Positions 37,720 through 50,779 of a DNA stretch of 64,000 nt are shown here, piece after piece (within the stretch, counting starts at the first letter, position 1; each line of letters begins with the position of its first letter). The position numbers and the translations under genes were made by a program. Source of the DNA: Mobula hypostoma (lineage: Eukaryota); NCBI RefSeq assembly GCF_963921235.1, contig NC_086097.1, positions 246,080,001 through 246,144,000 on the forward strand. Reading direction: 5' to 3'. The notes under the pieces were generated by a model. The model ran no database searches. It saw only the letters and a list, made by a program, of their open reading frames with translations, and was not told where the DNA came from.

Positions 37720-38125
37720 TATTGAGAGATGATAGGACAGAGAGGGAGAGAGAGAGGGAGGAGGGAGCGAGAGGGTGGAGGGAGAGAGAGGGTGGAGTGA
37801 TGATAGGGATGAGAAAGCAAGAGAGATAGATGATAGGGGAGAGGGAGAGATGATAGGGAAAAGAGCGAGACAGATGATAGGGAAAGAGAGAGACAGACGT
37901 TAGGGATAGAGATGGGCAGATGATAGGGATAGAGAGAGACAGATGATTGGAATGGAGAGGGGGGAGAGGGGGAGAGGGGAGAGAGGGGAGGGGGGGTGAG
38001 AAGGGAGAGGGGAGGGGGAGGGGGAGAGGGGAGAGAGAGGGGAGGGGAGAGGGGAGAGAGAGGGGAGGGGAGAGGGAAGAGAGAGGGGAGGGGAGAGAGA
38101 GGGGAGTGGGCAGAGCGGAGGGGAG
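37720..38125 (+). repeat. G/A-rich low-complexity tract
   Basis: Directly visible. Confidence 0.92.
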
Positions 38126-40345
38126 ATCATAATTCTATCTCCTTTACCATAGCATTGGAGAGGGATAGGAACAGACAAGTTAGGGAAACGTTTAATTGGA
38201 GTAAGGGGAAATATGAGCCTATCAGGCAGGAACTTGGAAGCATAAATTGCAAACAGATATTCTCAGGGAAATGTACGGAAGAAATGTGGCAAATGTTCAG
38301 GGGGTATTTGCGTAGGGTTCTGCATCGATACATTCTAATGAGACAGGGAAAGGATGGGAGGGTACAGGAACCGTGGTGTACAAAAGCTGTTGTAAATCTA
38401 GTCAAGAAGAAAAGGAAAGCTTATGAAAGGTTCAAAAAAACCAGGTAGTGATAGAGATCTAGAAGATTATAAGGCTAGCAGGAAGGAGCTTAAGATGAAA
38501 TTAGGAGAGCCAGAAGGGGGCCATGAGAAGGCCTTGGTGAGCAGGATTAAGGAAAACCCCAAGGCATTCTACAGGTATGTGAAGAGCAAGAGGATAAGAT
38601 GCGAGAGAATAGGATCAATCAAGTGTGACAGTGGAAAAGTGTGTATGGAACAGGGGATGATGGCAGAGGTACTTAATGAATACTTCACTTCAGTATTCAC
38701 TATGGAAAAGGACCTTGGCAATTTTAGGGATGATTTGCAGTGGATTGAAAAGCTTGAGCATATAGACATTAAGAAAGAGGATGTGCTGGAGCTTTTGGAA
38801 AGCATCAAGTTGGATAAGTCACCAGGACCAGATGAGATGTACCCCAGGCTACTGTGGGAAGTGAGGGAGAAGATTGCTGAGCAGTGATGATCTTTGCATC
38901 ATCAATGAGGACAGGAAAGGTTCCAGAGGATTGGAGGGTTGCAGATGCTGTTCCCTTATTCAAGAAAGGGAGTAAAGATAGCCCAGAAAATTATAGACCA
39001 GTGAGTCTTACTTCAGTGGTTGGTAAGTTGATGGAGAAGATCCTGAGAGGCAGGATTTTTGAACATTTGTAGAGGCATAATATGATTAGGAATAGTCAGC
39101 ATGGCTTTGTCAAAGGCAGGTCATGCCTTACTAGCCTGATTGAATTTTGTAGTTGAGCCTGATGTAGTGTATATGGATTTCAGCAAGGCATTTGATAAGG
39201 TTCCCCATGCAAGGCTTTTTGAGAAAGTAAGGAGGCATGGGATCCAAGGGGACATTGCTTTGTGGATCCAGAACTGGCTTGCCCACAGAAGGCAAAGAGT
39301 GGTTGTAGACGGGTCATATTCTGCATGGAGGCCAGTGACCAGTGGTGTGTCTCAGGGATCTGTTCTAGGACCCCCTACTATTTGTGATTTTTATAAATGA
39401 CCTGGATGAGGAAGTGGAGGGATGGGTTAGTAAATGTGCTGATGACACAAAGGTTGGGGGTGTTATGGATAGTGTGGAGAGCTGTCAGATGTTACAGTGG
39501 AACATTGGTAGGATGCAAAACTGGGCTGAGAAGTGGCAGATGGAGTTCAACCCAGATAAGTGTGAGGTGGTTCATTTTGGTAGGTCAAATATGATGGCAG
39601 AATATAGCATTAATGGTAAGACTTTTGGCAGTGTGGAGGATCAGAGGAATCTTGGGGTCCGAGTCCATAGGACACTCAAAGCTGCTACGCAGGTTGACTC
39701 TGTGGTTAAGAAGGCATATGGTGCATTGGCCTTCATCAATCATGGGATTGAGTTTAAGAGCCAAGAGGTAATGTTGCAGCTATATAGGACCCTGGTCAGA
39801 CCCCACTTGGAGTACTGTGCTCAATTCTGTTTGCTTCACTACAGGAAGGACGTGGAAACCATAGAAAGGGTGCAAAGGAAATTTACAAGGATGTTGCCTA
39901 GATTGGGGAGCATGCCTTATGAGAATAGGTTGAGTGAACTCGGCCTTTTCTCCTTGGAGTGACGAAGGATAAGGTGACCTGATAGAGGTGTACAAGATAG
40001 TGAGAGGCATCGATCATTTGGATAGTCAGAGGCTTTTTTCCCCAGGGCTGAAATGGCTAGCATGAGAGGGCATAGTTTTAAGATGCTTGGAAGTAGGTAC
40101 AGTGGAGATGTCAGGGTTAAGTTTTTTTACGCAGAGAGTGGTGAGTGCATGGAATGGGCTGCTGGCGGAGGTGGTGGAGGCAGAAATGATAGGGTCTTTT
40201 AAGAGACTCCTGGATGGATACGTGGAGCTTAGAAAAATAGTAGGCTATGGGTAAGCCTAGGTAGTTCTAAGGTAAGGACATGTTCAGCACAGCTTTGTGG
40301 GTTGAAGGGCCTGTAATGTACTGTAGGTTTTCTATGTTTGTATGT
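38125..40345 (+). mobile_element. CR1 LINE ORF2, frameshifted
   Basis: DH, ENPKAFY, KSPGPD, NYRPVSLTS, DFSKAFD, RPHLEYC; same subfamily as 4510-5275. Confidence 0.94.
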
Positions 40346-40349
40346 TTTC

Positions 40350-42390
40350 TATTCGAGACATCGTGATATGAAAATTAACATTACATTTGCCTTCCTCACC
40401 ACTGACTCTGCCTGCAAGGTAACCTTTAGGGTGTTCTGCTCAAGGACTCCCAAGTCCCAATGCATCTCAAGTTTTTGGATTTTCTCCCTGTTTAGAAAGT
40501 AGTCACCACATTTACTTTTTCTACCAAAGTGCATGACCATGCATTTTACAACACTGTCTTTCATTTGCCACTTTCTTGCCACTTTTCCTAATATGTCTAA
40601 GTCTTTCTGCAGCCTACCTGTTTCTCAACACTACCCTGCCCCTCCACCAATCTTCATGTCATCTGCAAACTTGGGAAGAAAACCATCTATTCCAGCACCT
40701 AAATCATTTATATACAGCATAAAAAGAAGTGGTCCCAATACCAATGCCCTCAGAACACCACTAGTCACGTCACTGGTAGCTAACCAGAAAGGGATCCATT
40801 TATTCCCACTCGCAGCCTCCTAACAACCAGCTCTAACCATACCAGTAACCTTCCTGTAATACCATGGGCTCTTAACTTGATAAGCAGGTTCATGTGTGGC
40901 ACTTTGTCAAAGGCTTTCCTGAAGTCTAAATATACAACATCCACCGCATCCCCTTTATCTATCCTATGTATAATCTCCTCAAAGAATTCCAACAGGTTCG
41001 TCAGGCAAGATTTTTCATTAAGAAATCCATGCTGATTTTGTCCTATCTTGTCCTGTGTCACCAAGTACTCCATAACCTCATCCTTAACAATTGACTCCAG
41101 CATTTCCAAACCACTGAAGTCAGGCTAACTGATCTATAATTACCATCTGCTGCCTTCCTCCTTTCTTAAAGACTGGAGTGACATTTGCAATTTTCCATAC
41201 CAGAGTCCAATGATTCTTGAAAGACCTTCACTAATGCTTCTACAATCTCTACTATTACCTCCTTCAGAGCCCTAGGGTGTAGTTCATATGGTCTGGGTGA
41301 CTTATGCACCTTTAGGTTTTTCAGCTCTTTGAGCACCTTCTCCCTTGTAATAGTAACTGCACTCACTTCTCTTCCCTCACACCTTTCAACACCTGGTATA
41401 CTGCTAGTGTCTTCCACAATGGAGACTGATGCAAAATACTCATTTAGTTCATCAGCCATCTCCTTGTTCCCTGTTATTATTTCTCCAGCTTCATTTTCTA
41501 GCGGACCTATAACCGCTCTCATCCCTCTTTTATTTTTTATATACTTGAAAAAGCTCTTTCTATCCACTTTGATATTGTTTGCTAACTTGCTTTCATATTT
41601 CATCACCTCCCTCCTAATGATTCTTTTAGTTGCTCTCTGTAGGTTTTAAAAGCTTCCCAATCCTCTGTCTTCCTGCTAATTTTTGCTTTGTTATATGTGC
41701 TCTCCTTTGCTTTTACATTAACTTTTGACTTCCCTTGTCAGCTCCATTGTATGATTTTTCCATTTGACTATTTCTTCATTTTTGGGATACATTTATTGCA
41801 CCTTTCCCAGAAACTCATGCCCTTGCTGCTCCTGTGTCGTCCCTACCAGCATCTCGATCCAATTTATTTTGGCCATCTCCTCTCTCGTACCACTGTATTT
41901 CCTTTACTCCACTGAAATACTGCTACATCAGACTTTACTTTCTCCCTATCAAGTTTCAAGTTGAACTTAACCATATTGTGATCACTGGCTCCCAAGGGTT
42001 CTTTTACCTTAAACTCCCTAATCACCTCCAGTTCATTACATAACACCCAGTCCAGTATAGCTGATCCCCTAGTAGGCTCAGCAACAAACTGCTCTTAAAA
42101 GCCATCACATAGGCATTCAGCAAATTCACTCTCCTGAGATCCATTTGCTACCTGATTTTCCCAATTGATCCGCAAATTAAAATCTCCCATGGCTATCATA
42201 ACATTGCCCTGTTGACATGACTTTTCTATTTCCCATTGTAACCTGTGATCCACATCCCAGTCACTGCAGTCAGGGTCCTTCACCCCTTGCAGTTTCTTAA
42301 CACATCCCACAAGGATTCAACATCTTCCGATCCTATGTCACATCTTTCTACTGATTTGATGCCATTCTTTACCAGCAGAGCCGCACCATC
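40350..42390 (-). mobile_element. CR1 LINE ORF2, degenerate
   Basis: MGDFN, GASDH, QHGF and DFRKAFD motifs. Confidence 0.9.
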
Positions 42391-42399
42391 CCCCTCCTC

Positions 42400-43160
42400 G
42401 AGGAACTCTTAACAGATCTGTCAGGCAAGTTTCCCTTCACAGAAACCATGCTGACTTTGACTTATTTTATCATTAGTCTCCAAGTACCCCGAAACCTCAT
42501 CCTTAATAATAGACTCCAACACTTTCCCAGCCACTGAGGTTAGGCTAACTGGCCTATAATTTCATTTCTTTTGCCTTCATTCCTTCTTAAAGTGATATTT
42601 GCAGTCTTCCAGTCATTCAGGACCATGCCAGAATCGTGATTCTTGAAAGATCATGACCAATGCATCTGGTATCTCTTTGGCAACCCCTCTCAGGACTGTG
42701 GAATGTAGTCCATCTGGCCCAGGTGACTTACCCACCTTAAGACCTTTGAGTTTGCCCAGCACTTTTTCCTTTGTGATACCAATGGCACTCACTCCTGCTC
42801 CCTGACACTCACAAACCACGCTCACACACTGCTAGTATCTTTCACAGTGAGGATAGATGCAAAGTAGCCATTAAATTCATCTGCCATTTCTTTGTCCCCC
42901 ATTACTACCTCACCAGCATCATCTTCCAGAGAACCAATATCAAGTCTCACCTCACTTTTTCTCTTTATATAACCAAAAAACTTTTTGTATTCTGCTTTAT
43001 GTTATTGGCTAGTCTGCCCTCATATTTCATCTTTTCCCTTCTTATAGCTTTTTTAGTTGCCTTTTGTTGGATTTTAAAAGCTTCCCAATCATCTAGCTTC
43101 CCACACACTTTTGCTACCTTATATGCCCTTTCCTTGGCTTTTACGCAGTCCTTAACTTCC
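42400..43160 (-). mobile_element. CR1 ORF2 fragment
   Basis: KSPGPDGLH; KAIRREKMKYE. Confidence 0.85.
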
Positions 43161-43789
43161 TTTCTGTTTGTTGTCAATGCAACCAGTGCATTCCACTGTA
43201 TGATTTGATGTAGATGTGAATCTGAATTCCCCTTGCTTAGCTGGAAATGAGAAATGGGATCACCTCTGTCTAGGGACTTACTCACACCCATGAAATCATC
43301 ACTACTAAAGTGAGGGATTAAATAAATGCAGGTTTTCGCATTTTGATAAGATCCCAGATATCTTCTCAGGCAGAAATTACTCATCTAGAAAAAGTGGTGC
43401 TCATACACAGACGTGTGGCAATGCTCGCACAACACTCACTGATTCTAATTAAAGGAACTCATGGATCCCGGTACTTCTGCAATCCAAAGGTTCCTTGGAA
43501 GTCAACAATGAGGCATAAACCTTTCAGTTTATAGCTGTTTTATTAAATGTTAAAAGAGCAAAGAAGAACCATCAACAGAACAAAGAATAGACCAGGAAAA
43601 AAAATCATTGTGGTTGTCTCATACCAGACTAGAAATATCAGGCACTCGAGTGATGATAATTAACCTATTGAATCTGGCTATTTAGTGGTGTGACAACTGC
43701 TACAGAAAACAAAGAAGTTTTTGGAAAAATACAGAAGTAACTGTACCAGAATTACTGGAATATTCACTGAACAATTATCTGTATACATA

Positions 43790-44240
43790 GTTAGTGGCCA
43801 CTTTATTAGGTACACCTCTACGCTGTCCGCTTAATGCAGATATCTAATCAGCCAATCACGTGACGGCAACTCAATGCATAAAAGCATGCCGACATGGTCA
43901 AGAAGTTCAGTTGCTGTTCAGACCAAATATCAGAATGGGGAAGAAATGTAATCTAAGTGGCTTTGACAGTGGAATGATTGTTGGTGCCAGACGGGGTGGT
44001 TTAAGTATCTCAGAAACTGTTGATCTCCTGGGATTTTCATGCACAACAGCCTCCAGAGTTTACAGAGAATGGTGAGAAAAACTAAAAAAAACAGCCAGTG
44101 AGCAGCAGCTCTGTGGGAGAAAACACCTCATTAATGAGCGAGGTCAGAGGAGAATGGCCAGACTAGTTCAAACTGACAGGAAGGCAACAGTAACTCAAAT
44201 AACCATGCATTACAACAGTGGTGGACTAAGAAGCATCTCT
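43790..44240 (+). mobile_element. Tc1-like transposon 5' end (TIR plus transposase N-terminal HTH)
   Basis: TIR agtggccactttattaggtacacct; MGKKCNLSGFDSGMIVGARRGGLSISETVDLLGFS..SRVYREW. Confidence 0.85.
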
Positions 44241-44356
44241 TATCCTTCTTCACTGCAGGGAGAGAAGCCCTAGCTCACTCAGTCTATCCTTGTGCTCTCT
44301 AAATCCAGCTAGCATCCTGTAAATCTCTTCTGCACATCCTTTCTAATGCTTCCACA

Positions 44357-44860
44357 TAGTCATAGTCATAGTCATACTTTATTAATCCCGGGGGAAATTG
44401 GTTTTCGTTACAGTTGCTCCATAAGTAATAAATAGTAATAGAACCATAAATAGTTAAATAGTAATATGTAAATTATGCCAGTAAATTATGAAATAAGTCC
44501 AGGACCAGCCTATTGGCTCAGGGTGTCTGACCCTCCAAGGGAGGAGATGTAAAGTTTGATGGCCACAGGCAGGAATGACTTCCTATGACGCTCAGTGCTG
44601 CATCTCGGTGGAATGAGTCTCTGGCTGAATGTACTCCTGTGCCCACCCAGTACATTATGTAGTGGATAGGAGACATTGACCAAGATGGCATGCAACTTGG
44701 ACAGCATCCTCTTTTCAGACACCACCGTCAGAGAGTCCAGTTCCATCCCCACAACATCACTGGCCTTACGAATGAGTTTGTTGATTCTGTTGGTGTCTGC
44801 CACCCTCAGCCTGCTGCCCCAGCACACAACAGCAAACATGATAGCACTGGCCACCACAGA
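44357..44860 (-). mobile_element. Rex1-like LINE 3' end
   Basis: SVVASAIMFAVVCWG..RKSFLPVAIKLY; (tatgac)n tail; inserted in a CR1 remnant. Confidence 0.88.
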
Positions 44861-45953
44861 CATCCTTCCTATAAAGAGGCAAACAGAACTGAATGCAATA
44901 TTCCAAGTGTGGTTTAACCAGAGATTTATAGAGCTGCGACATTACCTCACGACTCTTGTACTCAATCCCCTAACTAATAAAGACCAACACACCATATGCC
45001 TTCTTAATCACCTTATCAACTCAGGCAGCAAGTGCGACTTTCTGTTCTTAATTTAGATATCTGATATTTTGTGATGATGGATGGTGAAACACTGTCACAG
45101 GAAACCCCCAGGACATGTTCTCTTTATCAGGAAGGAGGTACAGGAGCCTCAGGACTCGTGCCACCAGGTTCAGGAATGGTTATTACCCCTCAAACATCAG
45201 GTTCTTGAGCCAAGGGGATTAACTTCACTCGCCCCATCACTGAACTGTTCCCACAATCAATGAACACACTTTCAAGGACTCTTCATCTCATGTTCTTGAT
45301 ATTTATTGCTTATTTATTTATTATTATTCTTTATTTCTTTTTGTATTTGCACAGTTTATTGTTCTCTGTACTTTGGTTGATCGGCCCAGTTGTGTGGTCT
45401 TCCATTGATCCTGTTATAGATGCTATTCTATAAATTTGTCGAGTATGCCCAAAAGAAAATGAAGCTCAGGGTTGTATATGGTGACATATATGTACTTTGA
45501 TAATAAAATTTACTTTGAACTTTGGTTTTTTATTGAACAGTTGAAAAGCAAGGGATAGCTTACTTCACACGTGGTAACATCAGCTTCATTATATACTTTA
45601 TCTCTTATTCTGTATCAAAACTGTTTTCATGCTTCATGTACAGCAATTGGAAAATTACATCAATAACATTAGTAATCAACAGTCACTCTGAATTTTAAGA
45701 GGTTAATTACAACCCAGACGTGTAGTAGAAGTGAATGAATGATGATAAAGCTGAACAGGGATCTCAATTCCCACAATGACTCATGAACTGTCAGATCAGC
45801 CCACTCATGGGTGTCAATTATTTCCCACAAGCTCCTCCACATCAAATGAGCCTTTGATCTCTGCAGTACTGTAAGTTTCTGCAGGTAATTGTGAACTGCC
45901 TGAGCAGATGTGCTGTTAATTAACTTCCACTGAATTCAGACTTCCTATTCCAG

Positions 45954-46187
45954 TGGCTGGACTCATATTGGTTTCCCAACAGAAACGAAGAAGTCAATGT
46001 TTTTGGGTTTTTAGAAACAATAGCAAGCCTCATGTCCGTTAGTAAAATTAAGAACCTGATAGACCAATTAGGGATCCCAAAACTAAGAAATTCAATTCCA
46101 AGAAGAGTCTTGCATCCAGAAGAAGTCTTTCCAAGAGAATTCGAGGAAGATACAAGAAAGATAGGAGAAGCCTCCACGTTAAGATGA
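45954..46187 (+). other. candidate coding exon / unexplained open frame
   Basis: Acceptor cttcctattccag| followed by WLDSYWFPNRNEEVNVFGFLETIASLMSVSKIKNLIDQLGIPKLRNSIPRRVLHPEEVFPREFEEDTRKIGEASTLR*; no repeat family recognised. Confidence 0.25.
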
Positions 46188-46457
46188 CAATAGACTGGAG
46201 ATCATAAGTAGCTGCCAAGATTACAGTCATAGAGCAAGTAGCACAGAGCAGGCCTTCTGCGCAACCCGCCCCCCCATCTAGTCCATGCCAGACTTTTATT
46301 CTTCCTAGTCCAATCAACCTGCACCTGGGCCATAGCCCTTCATACTCCTCCCGTCAATATACCTATCCAAACTTCTCTTAAATGTGAAATCAAACCCCTT
46401 CCATCAATTCCGCTGGCAGCCCATTCCACACTCTCACCAGCCTCTGAGTGAAGAAGA

Positions 46458-47430
46458 TCACAAGACAAAGGAGCAGAAGTAGGCCATTCGGCCCATCGAG
46501 TCTGCTCCGCAGCTCCCCCATGAGCTAAACGATGCACCCATCTAGTTCCAATTTCCGGCTTTTTCCCCATATCCCTTGATACCCTGACTAATTAGATACC
46601 TGTCAATCTCCCCCTTAAACACCCTCAATGATCGAGCCTCCACAGCCATATGTGGCAACGAATTCCACAAATCCACGACCCTCTGGCTAAAAAAATTTCT
46701 CCTCATCTCTGTTTTAACTGGGTACTCTCTAATTCTAAGACTATGGCCTCTTGTCCTGGACTCACCCACCAAGGGAAACAACCTTTCCACATCTACTCTG
46801 TCCAACCCTTTCAACATTCAAAACGTTTCTATGAGATTCCCTGATCCTATGTCCCTTCTTTCTATTGATTTGATATCGTTACCTACCATCAGGGCCACGC
46901 CACCCCCTTTACCTACCTTCCTATCCTTCCTGTACACTGTGTATCCTGGGATATTCAGCTCCCAATCACATCCATCATTTAGCCGTGACTTGGTGATGGC
47001 CACAATGTCATATCTTTTAACCTGCAGCTGTGCAGCAAGGTCATCCACTTTATTTCTAATGCTGCGTGCATTTAAGTACAGTACATTTAGATCAGCATCT
47101 GTTGCCACTTCACTGGCCTGTCCTTCTTACCATCTTTGCTGCACAGTATTTTTGACTTATTTCTATTTTCTTCTTCCTCGATCTTAACACCTTGGTTTCA
47201 TTCCCCTTGCCAACTTAGTTTAAACCCTCCCTAACAGCTATATTAAACAATCCCGCTAGAATATTTGTACCTTTTGAGTTCAGGTGTAATCCATCTTTTT
47301 TGTACAAGTCATACCTTCCTCAAAATAGATCCCAATGATTCAAGAATTTGAAACCCTGCCCCCTGCACCAGTTACTTAGCCACACATTCATCCATTTAAT
47401 TTTGCTATTCTTACCATCATTAGCGTGCAG
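46458..47430 (-). mobile_element. internally deleted CR1 (ORF1 end and endonuclease N-terminus fused to ORF2 C-terminus)
   Basis: YLNARSIRNK..DIVAIT..GYTVYRKDR..GGGV joins directly to NLIETF*MLKGLDRVD near 46840. Confidence 0.85.
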
Positions 47431-47579
47431 CTAATGATCCCCATCAGGTTCCTCCTAAATTTCACCCTTAACCAGTGACCTCTAATTCTAGTTTCATCTG
47501 ATCTCAGTGGAAAAAACCCTGTCTCCATTTGCCCTATCTATACCTCTCATAATTTTGTTTACATCTATCAAATCTCCCA

Positions 47580-48640
47580 TGAATGGATAGAAAATTGGTT
47601 GGCAGACAGGAAACAAAGAGTAGGGATTAACGGGTCCCTTTCAGAATGGCAGGCAGTGACTAGTGGGGTACCGGAAGGCTTGGTGCTGGGACCGCAGCTA
47701 TTTACAATATACATTAATAATTTAGATGAAGGGATTAAAAGTAACATTAACAAATTTGCAGATGACACAAAGCTGGGTGGCAGTGTGAAATGTGAGGAGG
47801 ATGTTATGAGAATGCAGGGTGACTTGGACAGGTTGGGTGAGAGGGCAGATGCAGTTTAATGTGAATAAATGTGAGGTTATCCACTTTGGTGGCAAGAACA
47901 GGAAGGCAGATCTGAATGATGTCAAGTTAGGAAAAGGGGAAGTACAATGAGATCTAGGTGTCCTTGTTTATCAGTCACTGAAAGTAAGCATGCAGGTACA
48001 GCAGGCAGTGAAGAAAGCTAATGGCATGTTGGCCTTCATAACAAGGGGAGTTGAGTATAGGAGCAAAGAGGTCCTTCTGCAGTTGTACAGGGCCCTGGTG
48101 AGACCACACCTGAAATATTGTGTGCAGTTTTGGTCTCCAAATTTGAGGAAGGATATTCTAGCTATTGAGGGAGTGCAGCATAGGTTCACGAAGTTAATTC
48201 CCGGGATAACGGGACTGTCATATGATAAAAGATTGGAGCGACTGGGATTGTATACACTGGAATTTAGAAGGATGAGGGGGGGATCTGATTGAAACATATA
48301 AGATTATTAAGGGATTGGACACGCTAGAGGCAGGAAACATGTTCCCGATGTTGGGGGAGTCCAGAACCAGAGGCCACAGTTTAAGAATAGGGGTAGACAA
48401 TTTAGAACAGAGTTGAGGAAAAACTTTTTCACACAGAGGGTTGTGGTTCTGTGGAATGCTCTGCCTCAGAAGGCAGTGGAGGCCAATTCTCTGGATTCTT
48501 AAAGGTAGCGGACTGAAGGGATATGGGGAGAAGGCAAGAAAAGGATACTGATTGTGGATGATCAGCCATGATCACAGTGAATGGTGGTGCTGGCTCAAAG
48601 GGCTGAATGGCCTACTCCTGCACCTATTGTCTATTGTCTA
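47580..48640 (+). mobile_element. CR1 3' fragment
   Basis: RKQRVGINGS, FADD, RPHL.YC; same subfamily as 35304-36652. Confidence 0.92.
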
Positions 48641-49099
48641 CTGTCAATCTCCTGCACTCCAGGGAATAATACTAATGCATTCACCCTCTCCCTACCACCC
48701 AGGTCCTCAAGCCCCGGCAATATCCTCATAAATATTCTCCATACTCTTTCAGTCTCATTAATATATTTCCTACAGGTAGGTGACCAATTTAGGATAGTCA
48801 GCAAAAGAGCCAAGGAGAGTCAACATTGCTATTTTTGTGTGTGTTTGATGAAAGTTATTCTGGTAGTCTGAAATATGTTGCTTTAAAGGACTCTTTCAAT
48901 CTTATTGATATCTTTCCTGTAGGTAGGTGACCAACACTGCACACAATACTCCAAATTAGGCCTCTCCAACTCCTGTATAATAATTTGATTTATGAAGGCC
49001 AATTTGCCAAAGTGGTGGTGGATGGAGATACATCTCAACCAGATGAAGTATAAGGCACTCCTTCCCTCTGCTAGCCTGCAGGTCACCCTCGGGCAAGGT

Positions 49100-49965
49100 A
49101 TCATAATCATAGTCATACTTTATTGATCCCGAGGGAAATTGGTTTTCGTTACAGTTGCACCATAAATAATTAAATAGTAATAAAACCATAAATAATTAAA
49201 TAATAATATGTAAATTATGCCAGGAAATAAGTCCAGGACCAGCCTATTGGCTCAGGGTGTCTGACCCTCCAGGGGAGGAGTTGTAAAGTTTGATGGCCAC
49301 AGGCAGGAATGACTTCCTACGACGCTCAGTGTTTCATCTCGGTGGAATGAGTCTCTGGCTGAATGTACTCCTGTGCCCAACCAGTCCACTATGTAATGGA
49401 TGGGAGACATTGTCCAAGATGGCATGCAACTGGGACAGCATCCTCTTTTCAGACACCACCGTTGGAGAGTCCATTTCCATCCCCACAACATCACTAGCCT
49501 TACGAATGAGTTTGTTGATTCTGTTGGTGTCTGCTACCCTCAGCCTGCTGCCCCAGCACACAACAGCAAACATGATAGCACTGGCCACCACAGACTCGTA
49601 GAACATCCTCAGCATCGTCCGGCAGATGTTAAAGGACCTCAGTCTCCTCAGGAAATAGAGACGGCTCTGACCCTTCTTGTAGACAGCCTCAGTGTTCTTT
49701 GACCAGTCCAGTTTATTGTCAATTCGTATCCCCAGGTATTTGTAATCCTCCACCATGTCCACACTGACCCCCTGGATGGAAACAGGGGTCACCGGTACCT
49801 TAGCTCTCCTCAGGTCTACCACCAGCTCCTTAGTCTTTTTCACATTAAGCTGCAGATAATTCTGCTCACACCATGTGACAAAGTTTCCTACCGTAGCCCT
49901 GTACTCAGCCTCATCTCCCTTGCTGATGCATCCAACTATGGCAGGGACATCCGAAAACTTCTGAA
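49100..49965 (-). mobile_element. Rex1-like LINE 3' part
   Basis: KTKELVVDLRR..YKYLG..QSRLYFLRRLRSFN; closely similar to 44357-44860. Confidence 0.9.
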
Positions 49966-50052
49966 CACCTCCTTAGCCCCCTGATCAGGGTCACGTGAAG
50001 CTATGGAATCAGGTGGTGGATAGTGGTATGAGTAGCTGGTGCATAACACAAA

Positions 50053-50400
50053 TTAGATTAGATTAGATTCAACTTTATTGTCATTGTGCCGAGTACAGAT
50101 ACAAAGCAAATGAAATGCATTTAGCATCTGACCAGAAATGCAAAGAATAGTGTTATTTACAAAATAACTGCGAATAAAAAAAGTGCTTCAGCACACAAAT
50201 ATGAAAGTACTGAGACAGTACAATACAGATGCAATACTGCTTAGCACTGTGATGAGAGGTTCAGCAGTGTCACAGCCTCAGGGAAGAAGCTCTTCCTGAG
50301 CCTGCTGGTGCGGGAGCGGAGGCTCCTGTAGTGCCTACCAGATGGGAGGAGAGTAAAAAGTCCATGGTTAGAGTGAGATGCATCCTTGATAATGCTTATA
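50053..50400 (-). mobile_element. Rex1/Babar-like LINE 3' end
   Basis: IIKDASH..LPSGRHYRSLR; (tctaa)n tail. Confidence 0.8.
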
Positions 50401-50779
50401 ATCCCTGATAATCCCTGATAAATCCTGGTTGTATGACCACTGACGCCAGGTAGACAATCTCTGAAGAGTATTGATAACGGTTGGGGTCACCCGTCTTGTA
50501 AAGACACTGCCCAGAAGAAGGCGATGGCAAACCACTTCAGTAGAAACATTTGCCAGGAGCAATCCTGGCCATGCAAAGGTGATGATCACCCACGTAATAT
50601 GACATGGTACATGATGATGATGATGATGATGATGCAGTCCAGAACAAAGAAACAGTGGCCACTTTATTAGGTACACCTGCTTGACAAGATGTTGTGCTAA
50701 CCACAGTGCTGCCTTTCTGCCCCTCTGCATCTCCTACTCTGCTGCCATGATGTGACCCTACTAGATACGTCAAGAAAAC

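Noticed and set aside
45739..45903. C/D box snoRNA
   Set aside because: The boxes are far apart, there is no convincing terminal stem, and no guide sequence is recognisable.
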